Shown here in pieces: positions 25,270 to 38,689 of a stretch of 64,000 nt of DNA. Positions within the stretch are counted from its first letter, which is position 1; each line of letters opens with the position of its first letter. A program made the position numbers and the translations under genes. Below the pieces are notes generated by a model. The model had not been told where the DNA came from. It did no database searches and saw nothing but the letters and a program-made list of their open reading frames with translations. The DNA comes from the human T2T-CHM13v2.0 reference genome, Homo sapiens. The stretch lies in NCBI RefSeq assembly GCF_009914755.1, contig NC_060928.1; one strand, given 5' to 3'.

Positions 25270-27489
25270 TATTATGGATTTTTATGAGCTTGAAGGGGTC
25301 ATGAGGAAGAGTCCCAACTATATCATAGAACATGTCTATGAGAACTCAGTTAACAGGAGAAAAACAACAGTATTGTCATAAAAAGATGAGAAACTTTACT
25401 TAGAACCTAAAGTACCTTGGAGTGTTTTTACTTTGAGACCTCAAAAACTAGTTAAGTCATGCTAAAATGTGCCTCAAAATACAATTGTTAGAAGATGCAT
25501 GCAAAATAGAATAAAATGATCTGTTCCTAAAATTCAGGAACTCCACTGCATGGAGATCACCAAGTTGCAGCAAAAGATCAAGTTAGATCTTATTTGACTT
25601 GACCCTAACTCTTCTTCTGTTATGGTTATGCCTTACATATCATATCTCTCCTATAGATGTAGTCATTTGAAATATTAAAAAAAAAAAGCTCATCTTCATC
25701 TACAATGTGTATCTTTTCTAACTTAGCCTGCTTGTCTGTCTAGAAGCCAAGGTAGAAAGACTACTGCTATTATACTGTGTGGGGCAACAAGCCCTACAGG
25801 ACCAAACTTGAAGAGGAATCTAGGTCATTGTCCTGACAGATCTGAGCTTTAAAATTTTGAAGAGACCTACGTGTCTAGAACCATCCCAAATAGTCACATG
25901 AATTAAGGCTTTGCTCCTGAGATTTATAGTGGAATAAAATGCAATGTCATTTGCCTCTTCCTTTTAAAAAAAAAAAGTCAACTATGCAAAAATTACTATA
26001 AGAGACTTCATAAAGTATAACACACAGTGAAATTACTGGTTCCCTAATAATCTTCTATATAAATTTTATTTTATAGGCTCTGCTGGATTGTTAAAAATCA
26101 TGATGATATTCTTTTAAATGTTTATGGTTAATTTCATCTCTTTCATCAGATTTTCCCTCTCCATTCTTCTAAACTCTCATCTCTCCTACTAAGCTTTTTT
26201 CCAACACAGCTAAAGTTTCTTGGATTCTTTCGAATATCATGGGCTCCAGCTTCTCTCTGCTGGATCTGTTCTGATTAAGGGGAGGAAGAGAGACCTCTCA
26301 GCTCTACCTTTTCTGCTCAGCATATATCTTGTTAGCCAAGAAAAGTACTTTGTTTAGTAAAGACACTACCAGTCACCAGGCAAAAAAAAAAGAAAAAAGA
26401 AAAAAAGGAAGACGAGTCCAATCAAAAGTTCAGCTTTGAAATTCAGACCAAAAGCACATGCTCTCTTCTACGTGCAACCTCAGGCTTTCCCACCCACCTG
26501 TCTTGGCAAGTTATCATCTAGCCCAGAAACTGGAGGAAGATGCCAAAAAGCAAGAGGATTCCAGTCAAATTGGTCATCCACAGATAATCAAAATGCAAAT
26601 ATACATCTCCACTCCAACAAATACAGGAAGTCCCCAATTTTAAAACGTAGTGAATTACAGTGTACTTGACGGTCAGATGTTTAGAACCAATTTGGAACAC
26701 TTAGTGTTACAAAGCAGGCCCACCAAAAATCCCATGTAAGTCCCAACAACTTGGTTATGTTGGGTGTTCTATGTACATCTGTGTTTAAAATGAAAAAATA
26801 GAAAAAATACCATTGCAATTCTAATGATTAAAAATTTTTAAAGACATAAAGTGATTTTGTATTGTTTTTCCAAAGTGCTCTGCTATGGAAAGATGTTTAG
26901 CTAGATGAGTTTATTGGAGGCTTATAGAAAAAGGACCATCTGGGTAGTTTCACAGCCTTGGATGTTAATGGCCTCTTGGTTTTCGGTGTAGCATTATTAA
27001 CTCTTGTATTTGTCAGTCACCATTAGGAAAATTCTTGAAATAACAAATAAGAAGTAGAGGTTATATATAAAGGAGTGGCTTGTTTATTTTTAAAGAACTG
27101 GACAAACTTTTTAAAAGAGGAAAAAAATCAAAATGAAATAGAGAGGGAAGGTAAGGAGATGGTTAACGATAGTGTAAGTAGAAGTGAAAAGGACTTTGAC
27201 TAAGATGGAATTTGATGATCAGTTATTAGTCAAAGGCTGAATAAATAGACGTGGATACAAGCAAGGCATGTGAAAGCTTAGAATAAGCTTTACCTTAGTC
27301 GCAAGGTGATACCATCATTCCTGACAGTTTAGTTCCTAGACAGAGACAGCAGGATGATGTTTATGAAGTAGCCTTAAAAAAAACAGACGCGTGAGGGGAG
27401 GTAGTATCCCACTAATACTTAACAAATCAAATGTTTGTAACACAGAGAATGAATGTCTTTTCAGAACCTTGTATAGAGCTTAATGAAAC

Positions 27490-27620
27490 CGGTATAGTGA
27501 AAGAGCATCATTTGTAGTCAGACCAAAGAGGACTTGAATTCTTGTTCATGTGATATTGGGTCAAATGATCTAACCTCTCTGGTGCCCAATTGGGATATAT
27601 TACAAATGAGCATTCAGTAA
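27490..27620 (+). mobile_element. MIR fragment
   Basis: ggtatagtgaaagagca...gtgatattgggtcaaatgatctaacctctctg. Confidence 0.5.
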
Positions 27621-28742
27621 GTCATCTCAAAGATATTATATACAGATGGTGTCAACTACACATTCAATAACTGACAGTTATTAGGCTCCTGAAGTCTGCC
27701 AGTAATGCCTTACAGGTTGTGTCAGTGATATCCTTGTAGTGTTTGATCCTGTAACAAATTCAGTAGCTATTTTACACCCATAGTATATTAAAGATAATAA
27801 TAGATCAAGAACAAGGTTAACATAACTAACTCTATGTGGAATTGTCAGAGTTGCTATGGAAACTTTGCTAGGCTTATGACTTTCAAAAAACAGTCTCAAT
27901 TAACAGAATCTTCTTACAGAGTAATCTATTTCATGTAAATGAATTATCTGTTTTGCAGCTCAAGGTCAAATGCATTTGAACCAGTCATTTTGGGATTTGT
28001 TTTCCCAAAGGAATGATAAATGACTAATCCAAAAGACTATGGATTAGAGAAATTGACTAGATGTCATTAAAGACCCCAAATAAATGTTTGCTGTCCTTGA
28101 CCTCCATGAGGATAAGTTGTGGTGGGGCCTGTGGTTATCCGCTGTCTTTTATTGAATCAATAACTTGGTTTCTTTAACAATACCTGTTTATGTGCATGCC
28201 TAGAACCAATTAAATACTGGGCTATTTTAAGTTTCCCAATGCAGCTATATTTTGGCAAGCGTGAAAGAATAAATTAGACACTTTTCCAAAGCACAGTGAT
28301 CTACTGAGATCTGTACTATGTAATAAACATGGGATGATGCCTAAGCCTGTGGTATGGTGGGGCCCAGGGGTCTTCTTTCTTGTACTAGTTCACATCGTTT
28401 ATGATAAATGCTTAAAAGACTTTGAAGTCTTTGTCCAAAACACTTATTATGTATAATTATACAGATGAGCATTTATTAAAGTAAGTGTATTGGCCTTTTA
28501 GTGCCAAAACCATCCCTCTCTATAGATGTTAGCAGTTTTCACTTAAAGTGTGATTGTATGAGTAAATGTGTTAACCCATTTATAGTGAAGCAAGACAGTG
28601 TCTACAAATTGCTGTGACAATGTCCTTGGCTCTTCAAAGTGAATATGGTTATGAATTCAGTCGTGAGAGTGCAGGACCTAAGAAACCTAAAAATAAAAAT
28701 CTGGCCTACAGTGTATTATTTTTGTCTGCTCAACAGAATGCC

Positions 28743-28910
28743 AGGGTGAGGGTAGAAAAACTACCTATCAGGTACTGTCCTCACTACTTGAGTGACAAAA
28801 TTATTTGTACACTAAACCCCAGCAACATGCAATTTACCCTTGTAACCAACCTGCACATGTAATGTACCTTGTGAACCTGAAATAAAAATTGAAAAGGAAA
28901 AAAAAAAAAA
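28743..28910 (+). mobile_element. Short L1PA15/16-like 3' end
   Basis: aaaactacctatcaggtact...aacctgcacatg, aataaa, poly-A; TSD aacagaat(g/a)cc at 28732-28742 and 28911-28921. Confidence 0.85.
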
Positions 28911-29079
28911 AACAGAATACCCAACTTTCAATTATGACCAAAGCAACCCATACCATGCTTGTGTTGTTATAAATGTACTACTAATAGTAATTAGATTTTT
29001 TGGTAGTTTAAGTATACTATTTATACTCCATTTAAATCATGTTTATAGACTTTTTGTACATTCCACAAAAATGAAAATG

Positions 29080-29370
29080 TCTTGAGTACCTATTATTGCC
29101 AAACCCTTTGCTGGGTTCTGTGGATTTCAAGATGAATGAGACACACTCCTACCTGCAAGAAGCCCATGGTCTAATAGAGGAGAAAGATGCAGACTATATA
29201 TTATATTATACATATCTTAAGTGCTATAAAGATACTGTAAAACTACTGCTATGGAAACTTCAGTAAGGGTGTGATTATTTATTCCTTGGAATCCAGAAAC
29301 ATCTTAATGAAGCAGCATTTAAAGTGGGCCTTAAAGGACAGAAGTAGCTTGCCAGGCAGGTGAGCAGGTC
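29080..29370 (-). mobile_element. L2 fragment
   Basis: ttgagtacctatta...aagatgaatgagacac...cctgcaagaagcccatggtcta. Confidence 0.55.
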
Positions 29371-30267
29371 TGTTGTCCTGGGGAGGCTACTGAAAGAACC
29401 AAATGTGTTTCTATGTAGGGAACTCTTGTCTTCTGTATGAGGTTGGCATGGTTCACTCATCAAAATGTATAATGAGCTAAGAGCCTGGAGAAATGACTTT
29501 TGGACATTTCATCCCAGAGAGAATAAACAGAGGCCCTTCCCATGGAGGCAGCAGCATAGGTAGCTTAGGTTTGTACTTCAGGGTCACTTCTTGACAAGGA
29601 AAATGCAAGTCTTATAGATTGGGTCCTATAGATTTCCTCACCAATTCCAAGTATAGACTAACTTGGCCTTGTTAAAAAAAAAAAAAAAAAGGAAACAGGA
29701 AGAAATATCTAGAATCCTTGGTTTCTAAAAAAAATTATAATTTACCATCTCTCTGACTTGGAGAAAGTAAGCCAAAATATCTAGGTTTTTATGTTTCTTA
29801 AACTGTGCTTATCTCATTTAACCTTAAAGGTATTTGATTGAGTCAATCCATACTTAAGCCCCAATAAATTCAATATAGCACTTTTACCCTTTTCAAAGTG
29901 TTGTCATCAATTGGTAAATCTAATAAAAATTGAATATTTTTTAATGGGAAAAAAAATTACGCCATAAGCAAAGTCAAAGAATCAACAAATAATTGAGAAA
30001 AGGATTTGAAGCATGATTGACAGACAGAGAGATAATTGTGTTACAGTCAGAATTGTCACAGATGAATTTTTTTAAAGACAACTCTGGCAAAGATAATGAA
30101 AGGGATTTCTATATAAGATAATAAAATGCTCAGCTTAATTTATAATTAAATATAAATGAAAACCATAAAAATATACCATATACTATTTATCAGATTGGCA
30201 AGTATACAAAATTTTAACACTACCTAGAATTAGCAAGAGTGTGGGGAAACAGGCACTCTCATAAATT

Positions 30268-32265
30268 CAGGGATGGATCCACATTTGTGCCTGAAACTCA
30301 TACAGTTTTGGAGACTTCTTTAAGAAAAAGAATACAATATTAAGCATGCTCTTGAATTTTTATTTAGAATGAGAATGATTCTAATAAATTATAAATTTTT
30401 AAAACATGACATATACCACAAACATTGCAAAATCTAGAATAATAACATAATATTTATTGATGTACTGCCTGGCATAGCTCTCTACTAACTTTTCCCTATA
30501 TTTTTGATACATTCTTTCTGAGTATCATTTCATGCAACAATGTTATAATACATTATGTAGAGAGAATAGAAATATAAGTCATTTTTCCTCCAGCATGGTT
30601 GGTCAAAAGAAAATTTTTTATTTTTGATATTTGAAAAAGTTTCTTTTAGTTTCACAACTTATTGGAAATATCTTATAAATTTTTAGGATAGCTGATAAAT
30701 TTGAAAAAAACTCTAAAACATTTATTTCATATATGATCTGTAATATTTCAGGGAATTTCAAGTTGGTTGCTATGTAACCATATCAATGTTAAAGACCATT
30801 TCAATTGATGGCACTTCTTTGTAGTTGATGTGCTTGTCACAGTGGTGTGTTATGAGCTTTACATTATTGTCCATGCCAATATTTCTGTCAAATCAATAAG
30901 AACTTCATCATTTTCATGTATTTATATGATTTGCTCTTCTTTATAAACATGATTATCAAATAATCCAAGAGCCTATTTACTACCCCTATAAGAAAAAATG
31001 TATATCCTTTTAATAAATTACTGCTTTTCAGAGTGAATTTTTTTAACAATGCACTTCTTTTTTAAAAATATGTATAATATTTATATTATTGAATAGCAAT
31101 AGGCAATACACCCTGTATCTGTAAAACTTTGGAACCACTGGCTTATTTGTTAAATCTAGTCCATGCCAGCCTCCAAACACCAGAAAAAAATTTAGTTAGC
31201 TTCATTCTTTGATGCCTCACCAAAATATTCTACAAGATCTGAAACATCCTCCTCCTCATCATTGTCTTCTGGGTTTGGTGCTTTGCTATTCAAGACTTGC
31301 CATGGGAACTGTTTGGCTAACTTCCTGAGACTTGTTAAGCTGTCAGCACCAAGCTGACTTAATATTCCAGGAAACATTTCTGTGATTGGTTTGGCTTCTG
31401 CATGACTGGTAACTGCAAAGGTGTTAGCAGAGAGAGAAGAACTAGAGAGAGGAGCAGAGAGAGGTAATTGCAAAGATGTTAACAGAGAGGGGGCAGACAG
31501 AGGTTAGACTTTGGGATCGTTGAAATGAAAAACTGTCCCATCTTCAATCATGTTCACCTCTTTAATACCAGCTATATTATTCACAGCCAGTTTAGTTACG
31601 GAACTCTGAAGCTTTCTGTCATCTGCTGTAACTCTCTAGGTTCCACCTTTGTTTTGCAAGCTGTACCCTTGCCTCCTATCTGGACCTGAGCCTGAAGTTT
31701 GGCTAACTTTCTTGATTCACACTGTTGGTAAATCCAAAGCAGGGAGGGTCCTCCAACACCAGCATACAGCAACAGCAAAATCACAATTCACTTCTGTATA
31801 TCAAAATAATTCCATAGATCCCACCACACATTTTTATTGCCTTGGTTTCATATTTCACTGACTTTTAATCTGAATTTTATTTCTTTAATAAATAATTTTA
31901 AAGATGACCAAAAACATATTCTTCCTATATGTCAACATCAAGGGTCTGTAATTCCTTATTATATTGAAACTTTCTAAAAGGTCTTTATAAAATTCTGTTA
32001 AAATAACATATCCCAACTCAACTTCTCCAAGCCTGATCCCCAAAATAGCGAATAGCCACTCCAACTCCATGTGGCAAGTAAGGGGTGTAACAGTGAAGAA
32101 TTCAGAGTTAAGAGATGGTAGTCATAACCAATTGTGGTTGAAATGTCTTACTTTTGCTAATTTTACAAAAACATTAGAAATGTCTACATATTTTAAGGGC
32201 TCATGCAGGGCCTTGGAAGAAGACCATACAAGTAAGATTTGAGGTTCACAATAAATTGGCTTACT
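30268..32265. mobile_element. hAT-Tip100 DNA transposon relic (Zaphod/MER115-like)
   Basis: Start cagggatggatcc...gcctgaaactcatacagttttgg...tttaagaaaaagaatacaa; end gggccttggaag...cacaataaattggct; family assigned from memory. Confidence 0.5.
31059..31782 (-). pseudogene. BTF3L4: Processed pseudogene of BTF3L4 (NAC-beta/BTF3-like 4); CDS remnant 31720-31192
   Basis: Translations KLAKLQAQVQIGGKGTA and [41 protein letters not shown]...EASKNEAN*; intronless; ATG changed to GTG, frameshifts, premature stop; UTR remnants; TSD acaat(g/t)cacttct at 31046-31058 and 31783-31795. Symbol is the parent gene; the paralog number cannot be fixed from sequence alone. Confidence 0.95.
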
Positions 32266-32570
32266 ATAAATATTCCTCAGTACACCCTTAAGGTGAAAGT
32301 CAAAATTCTAATCATCTATTTGAAGGACAAGTTGGCAGCATGTACCAAAATTTAGAATTAAACATCCTTGGATCCAACACTTCCACTTCTACTAATTCAC
32401 TGTTACAGATAGACTGTCACAGACAAACAAAACATTTTGTACAAAAATATTCAATGAAGCATTGTTTGTAACAGATGAAAAAATGGAAATGCCGTAAGTG
32501 GGAGAATAGTGCAAGTAATAATGGATATCAACAATATAATATGCTATGTAGTTATTAAAAAGAGCAAGTT

Positions 32571-32750
32571 AGCCAGGCATGGTGACACACACCTGTAGTC
32601 CTAGCTACTGGAGGCTGAGGCAGGAGGATCATTTGAGGCCATGAGTTCAAGGTTGTAGTACACTGTGACTGCATCAGTGAATAGCCATTGCACTCCTGAC
32701 TGGGCAACATAGCCAGAACCTGTGTCTATAGAAATTTTTAAAATAAAATA
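32571..32750 (+). mobile_element. FAM (fossil Alu monomer)
   Basis: Monomer with diagnostic gtgaatagccattgcactcc; TSD aaaaga(gc/at)aagtt at 32558-32570 and 32751-32763. Confidence 0.85.
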
Positions 32751-32835
32751 AAAAGAATAAGTTAAATCTTTCTATGTATGTAACCATGAAATTTATCCAA
32801 GTTGTATTTCAATTTGAAAAAGTAGTTTAAAACAG

Positions 32836-33127
32836 TGCATGTGTGTGTATATCACACACACACATATATATACACATGCACTGTTTTAGACTTTTTCAAA
32901 TATGTGTGTATTGTATACACACACATATATACATACATGTGTATACACACACATATATACATACATGTGTGTACACACACATACATACATGTGTATACAC
33001 ACACATATACATACATGTGTATACACACATATATATACATACATGTGTATACACACATATATACATATACACTATATAAACTGTGTTTGTGTGTGTATAC
33101 ATATATAAACGGTGTGCGTGTGTGTGT
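32836..33127. repeat. Complex CA/TA/TG repeat with a ~22-26-bp higher-order unit
   Basis: gtatacacacacatatatacatacatgt repeated about five times, 32913-33070. Confidence 0.9.
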
Positions 33128-34529
33128 ATTAATAGTTTGGCCACAATTTAGTTTACATATTATATTTATACAGATTTTTCAACAGTTACATGTTCTACCA
33201 TTCCTAGTGGCTATTTTTGGGGATTAGACTAAAAGGACAGAGGACTTCTACTTATAAAAATTTGTCTATTTTTACTCTATTCCTCTCCCCCTTTTAAGCA
33301 AAATGTTTTACTTTCATAATAAAAAATTATAGCTGCTGCTCAAATCAATTTCTATGACTTCTCATGCTTAAATTACTTTCCCTCTTTAAACTCATCTTTT
33401 TAAAGCAATAAATAAATGAAAATATTTGAGAACCCCTGCTTGCAAATCATATATACCATTTTTAGCTTTTAGGTGAGGTCTTGTTTTTTATTCCTCTATT
33501 TTAATCACAATCTGTGACCAGAACTTTAGGAAAAACATGAACCCAGAATTTCTCAGGATTTCTTAAATAATGCCTTAACATAATTAAATATAATGATGAT
33601 TGAGTAATCAGAACCATTTTAGTATATTTTGTTCAAAAATCAGAATAGTTTTATATTGGGGGGCAGCATCATGATTAAAGAGAGGATGCAAAGAAAGTCT
33701 AGACTGCAAGCAGTTACCAACAGGGCACAAGAGACTAAAAGACTTCTAGTCATCTCAGGAGAGAATGATGGGAGTACTCTAGAATACTTGCAAGAGTGTC
33801 TTCCTTAAAAAGAAAAAGGTAACTCCTAAAGACGGCTGTGATATCTATGGTGCAATGTCAACTTTGCCTGGGGAGAGAGGGGAACGTCCAGGCTTGCCAG
33901 TGAGCTGTCTTTAGCATAATATTCTAAATGATGCAAGGATATTAAGAAATCAATGATTTATTGCTATTTCCTTGTGTCTCAGTGTTTTTTCTTCTGCAAG
34001 TTTGGATTTGCCTTAGGCTCTTCTTTAAAAAAAAAAAAATCTTAGCTAGTTGTAACATAGGTCCAAAATTCCTAGCTTTTTAAGAAATTTGTTAATTCAG
34101 TAAAAAAATCTATCTATAGGCACATTAGATTGCACATAGAGGGAAAGAGGCATCTCTCACATCCCGGGAGACTGAATGCCTTGTTTTAGAGAACAGCTTG
34201 TGCACAAATGGCCCCCAGGTGAATAAGACTCATTATGGTCATTTTGGTCACCTTTGGTCCAGAAGACCTCAAGGCATTAGCTCAATTTGTATGTCATCAG
34301 AAAGCAATGATTCATAAACTTCAATGCGTAGAATGCCATGAATAGCCTGTTAGAGAGAACCACCCTCCACCACTACCACCGTCACCACCAGCCACACACA
34401 ATCCTGATTCAGGACCACATTGACAAACCTGCCTTAGGACTTTGGGCTTACTCTAGAGAAAATTCACATGCACAAAGCCAAATCAAACTCCATTCCTCTC
34501 TCTGAATAGATCCAACCCTCCGCTTCCTG

Positions 34530-35090
34530 ATCTGTATTAAAAAAAAGAATAAAAATAAGTTGTCTGATAATCTAACATGCCCAGGTTAGCTTAAATAACA
34601 GAAGTTGAATGCAAGGACACAGGAGATATCAAAGAAAGCAAAATCTCAGCAATTGCACAGCTTGATTTGGAGAAATGGGAATTCATTCCTTGCTGGAAAA
34701 GAATATTTCAGGGGCTCCAGGGGCCAAGGGTAGCTCTTCGAGATCCAAAAGCACGAGTTTATTAATGAGCTCATGACCCCTCATCTCTACTTTTCTATCC
34801 CTTCAGTATTTCCTCCTACCTCTTATCTACCTTCCCTCTATTTGGTGTTTCATGGCATAACTTCTGCCTTCTAAGGGCCAACTTCCAGAGCCTCTCTACT
34901 TTCTAACCACTCAATCTAACCAAGACAGGAGGGGATAATGGGGCCGGGCAACCACCATCCAGCATAGAGCACTCTTGTGACTCCGGTGAGTCTGCATATA
35001 TTAATGTTTGAGTCAGACAGTTGGTCTGGCCAGTCAGGGCAAGAGTGCAGGGTCACAAGGTCCAAAGCATGGCAACTAAGCGTCAAAAAC
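34530..35090 (-). mobile_element. Possible ancient ERVL/MaLR LTR (LTR33/MLT1-like)
   Basis: ttagcttaaataacagaag and ggtcacaagg...catggcaact motifs; weak similarity. Confidence 0.3.
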
Positions 35091-35179
35091 CCTTCAGGGT
35101 GAGATTTTGAAATGGACAGATATCTGTCAAAAGAGAGTTATGTACTCGCCAGGCAGGCACTTTGGAGACCACTTATTCA

Positions 35180-35500
35180 CCCAGCCATTCCACCATTTGT
35201 TGAATGCCTACTAAGGGTTAAACACTAGAAACAAACACTGATTGAGACATAGACTCTGAATTCCAGGACTTCGAGTACAGGGATATGGTTAACAGGTAAA
35301 TCAACAAATATCACCCAGTGTGACAACTGCCAAAAGAGAAATGTGTTCAGATCTAGGGAACCCAGAGAAGCAGGGAATACAAAAGACTGCATACGTGAAC
35401 TCTGAGCAAAGTTCCATTAATTAGATGAAGCCATGCAGAAATATTGCCAGGTATGAAGGCACAGTGGGATTTGCCCGTGTTCAGCAGGCTGAACTCTAGC
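35180..35500 (-). mobile_element. L2 fragment
   Basis: cattc...catttgttgaatgcctacta...agacatagactctg. Confidence 0.5.
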
Positions 35501-35623
35501 TCTGTTGCTCAGCGTATGATAAGTTTGGCTTTGCTCTACTCATTTCCAGACTCCATTTTAGCCATTTCAGATGTTATAAGGAAAACTAAAATATAAATTA
35601 CCTTAAAAGTAAGGGACTGTTAG

Positions 35624-35989
<366 letters not shown>

Positions 35990-36469
35990 CTGAATGTATT
36001 AAAACTATGCAGTGATACCCCAGTCATGGATTAACCACTCTAAATAGAAATTGTTTCTATCAAATACATATTTATCTCTAATTTAAGGACTGGCAATGGA
36101 GAATTTTTTAAAGATCCTAAGCAACCCATTGCCATCAAAACTTCCAGTGTTTATCAACATTTTAATAGACCACTTAAATATTCTTGATCTAAGTTATAAT
36201 TAAAAGTATCTCAGGATTTATTTTTCTGAGAAAACATACAGCAGTTTTTTGTTCATCTAAAAATCTTTATATTGTAAACTTTATATCATAAAGTACTTTA
36301 AGACTGTTGATATGCTCCTTAGTAGACTTGCAGAAGAGTAATCAAATGTTATACAGATGAAAATGTGTCCAGTTAATTATGAATGTATAATTTTATCAAT
36401 GACATTTTATTACCATTTAATAACTTCAGGAAAGACCTATTTTTCAAAATTCAGAAAAGTACAGCTTGT

Positions 36470-36680
36470 TCTATGTTAGGCACAGCTGCTTAAATGTGTT
36501 CATTATGTTTTGTTGGGGATGTTTCTTGTTATTTTCATAGTAGCCCTCAGGCTACAATGCATTTTTGCAAGGTGGTAGGGATAGGTGTCATTCTCTTCGT
36601 TAAAAATGAGGCAAGTAAGGTTCAAAAAAATTAAGCGTTGTGCCCAATGTTACACAGCTGGTAAAATTTGAACTCGTGTA
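36470..36680 (-). mobile_element. MIR
   Basis: aaatgaggcaagtaaggttca...ttaag...tgcccaatgttacacagctggtaa. Confidence 0.55.
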
Positions 36681-36699
36681 TTCTTTCCATATTTCCCAA

Positions 36700-36955
36700 A
36701 AGGTTCACAGGATGCAAAAAGGTTCCATAGTAAAAGTGGTTTGGAAAATTTTGGATGAAACAAAAATTAAACAGTTCTTTTTAAAAAATTGCAGACATCT
36801 CAGTGAATGGATATACACAAATGTGCTTCATCAATCTCCAAGTAGAAAGATAGTCTGCAGCATTTCCCAAACATACTTGAGTATAAATCCCTTTTATATC
36901 CAGAAATATCTCATGGTATTAATCGTGAAACATAATCTGGAAAAAACGATTCTAC
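36700..36955. mobile_element. Possible hAT-Charlie fragment
   Basis: gcagcatttcccaaacatacttg and terminal tctggaaaaaac-like motifs. Confidence 0.35.
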
Positions 36956-38129
36956 ATTATTAGGCTTCTTCTCGTGTAGTAATTGAAAATAACTCTGAAA
37001 ACTCTCCCTTAGGAAAGTAATTCATGAGAGCTGCAGTGAGAAACAAGAAGGGAAAGAAAATAAACAGGCCTGACAAATTCTGTAGAAGCTGAGAGGTTAG
37101 ACAGTAACATCAGTAGTGTTATACAAACCAAGAAGGACAAAAAGACACTTGAAATTCATTACAAGCCAAATTTTCCTCTGGATCAAGGACAGCTATAGGG
37201 GCCAAGAGTAAACCAGATATCCATTATCTTTATGTTTCTCAGTTCTGCTTTAAGAAAGAAATGTACCTAACCAAAGGAAATGTCTCAATTTATCTATGAA
37301 ACACACAACACCCAGAAAAATCTCATAAAATCTCATACATGGAACACGTAACATGGCCAGTTTAACAATCGGCCAAACAATCTGCAAAAATGATATAACA
37401 GTGCCTGAATTTGAACATCTCTAGACATAACAAATAGAGCATAGTTACATTACCAGACTAACAACGCTTGATTAAGGCATACAGAGAATTTGGAAGACAC
37501 AAAGAGCATATGTCTATAAAGCTTAAGTTTGTTATGTTGCAATATGAATATTAATAGTGCATGGGATTTAATAGCAAGAAAGTTACATAAAGTGCATGTC
37601 TCTGAGAATTCCTGCTGTCAGTGACTGGAAAGGATCCCACTGGGGAAATGCTCGCTACCTAACAATGCCACTGGTGGTGACTCATCCAAAATTCCGACAC
37701 AGACCTAATGAGCTTCTGAGAGAATGCCTGGCAGACTCAGTCCTATTCAGTGTGTTAAATAGAGGGTAAGAAACAAAGTTCTCAACTGATACAGTTTTCT
37801 GTAAAGCTCTATTGTTTCTGCGAGTTAAGATATACTATTACATTGGTCAAAGGATATTTGATCTTCCAGCTACCACTTTGGTTAACTGGAGAAAGGAAAA
37901 ACGCCACAAAGCAAGTTTGCTTTTTTGTTTTGTGTTTGTCGAAGTCTTTGTACTCTGATACCTTCTTTGGAATATCAAATATAAACTGCCCCTCTGGTGC
38001 AGAGTGTGATCAAGGGGGTAATTAACTGAGCTCCAAATGTGATGTTTCTGGTGGTCACTTCAAGTCATTCTAACCAATTAATCAATCTCCTGGTGCTCTG
38101 ACTTGGATCCTATGTTTTCAGGCCCTGGA

Positions 38130-38280
38130 GCAGTGGTTCTCAAGCCTGGCTGCCCATTAAATTCATTTGGGGGATTAAAAAAAAAATACCGATGCCTAGA
38201 CCCCACCCTGGACCAACTAGATAGAATCTCTAGGGATAGAACTTCTGTATTTGTGAAAAGTTTTCTAGGTGATTCTAAAT
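38130..38280. mobile_element. MER5-type element
   Basis: gcagtggttctcaagcctggctgc...gatgcctagaccccaccc...aggtgattctaa. Confidence 0.7.
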
Positions 38281-38689
38281 AAAGTCAAAAGCCTCCAAAA
38301 ACTGCTGTTATGTTCATGTCCAGCTACTGAGTATCTAGTCTCCAATGAGTGATCCAAAAATCTCAAAGAATTAAGCATGAAAAAAATGCCCCCACCAATG
38401 ACTGCCATACAGCTGGCTGTTTGGGACCAGCACATAAGACATTAGAAGACAGGCCCATGTTGAAGCAAGGAAATGTGAGGACTGTGATCAATGTTGGTCA
38501 GCAGGATCCAGGGAATGACTCACAGACTGGGCAGGGGAGCCTGGACTGAACGTGGGCTCTGCAGAGCTGTCTGGACACACTGGGCTTGGTGCATCTGCGG
38601 ACCAGCGGCTAGCATGTTTGTTCTACCCAGTCTCTGTAGCTGCTACCACCCATGCTATCACCTCTACCAGTAGCCCCCAAAAATAAATA

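Larger units (their letters stand above)
29930..33330 (+). mobile_element. Old L1M (L1ME-like) 3' region, fragmented by a hAT element, a FAM and a microsatellite
   Basis: atcagattggcaa...gtggggaaacaggcactctcata (to ~30262) resumes ~32275 with ttggcagcatgtaccaaaatt...gcattgtttgtaaca. Confidence 0.6.

Noticed and set aside
32835-33227. Overlapping His/Thr/Tyr/Cys-rich ORFs
   Set aside because: Produced by a stop-poor microsatellite
37986-38001. CTCF-like motif tgcccctctggtgca (similar weak matches at ~37668 and ~43575)
   Set aside because: Spacing or core mismatches against the CTCF consensus; not supportable without a PWM scan
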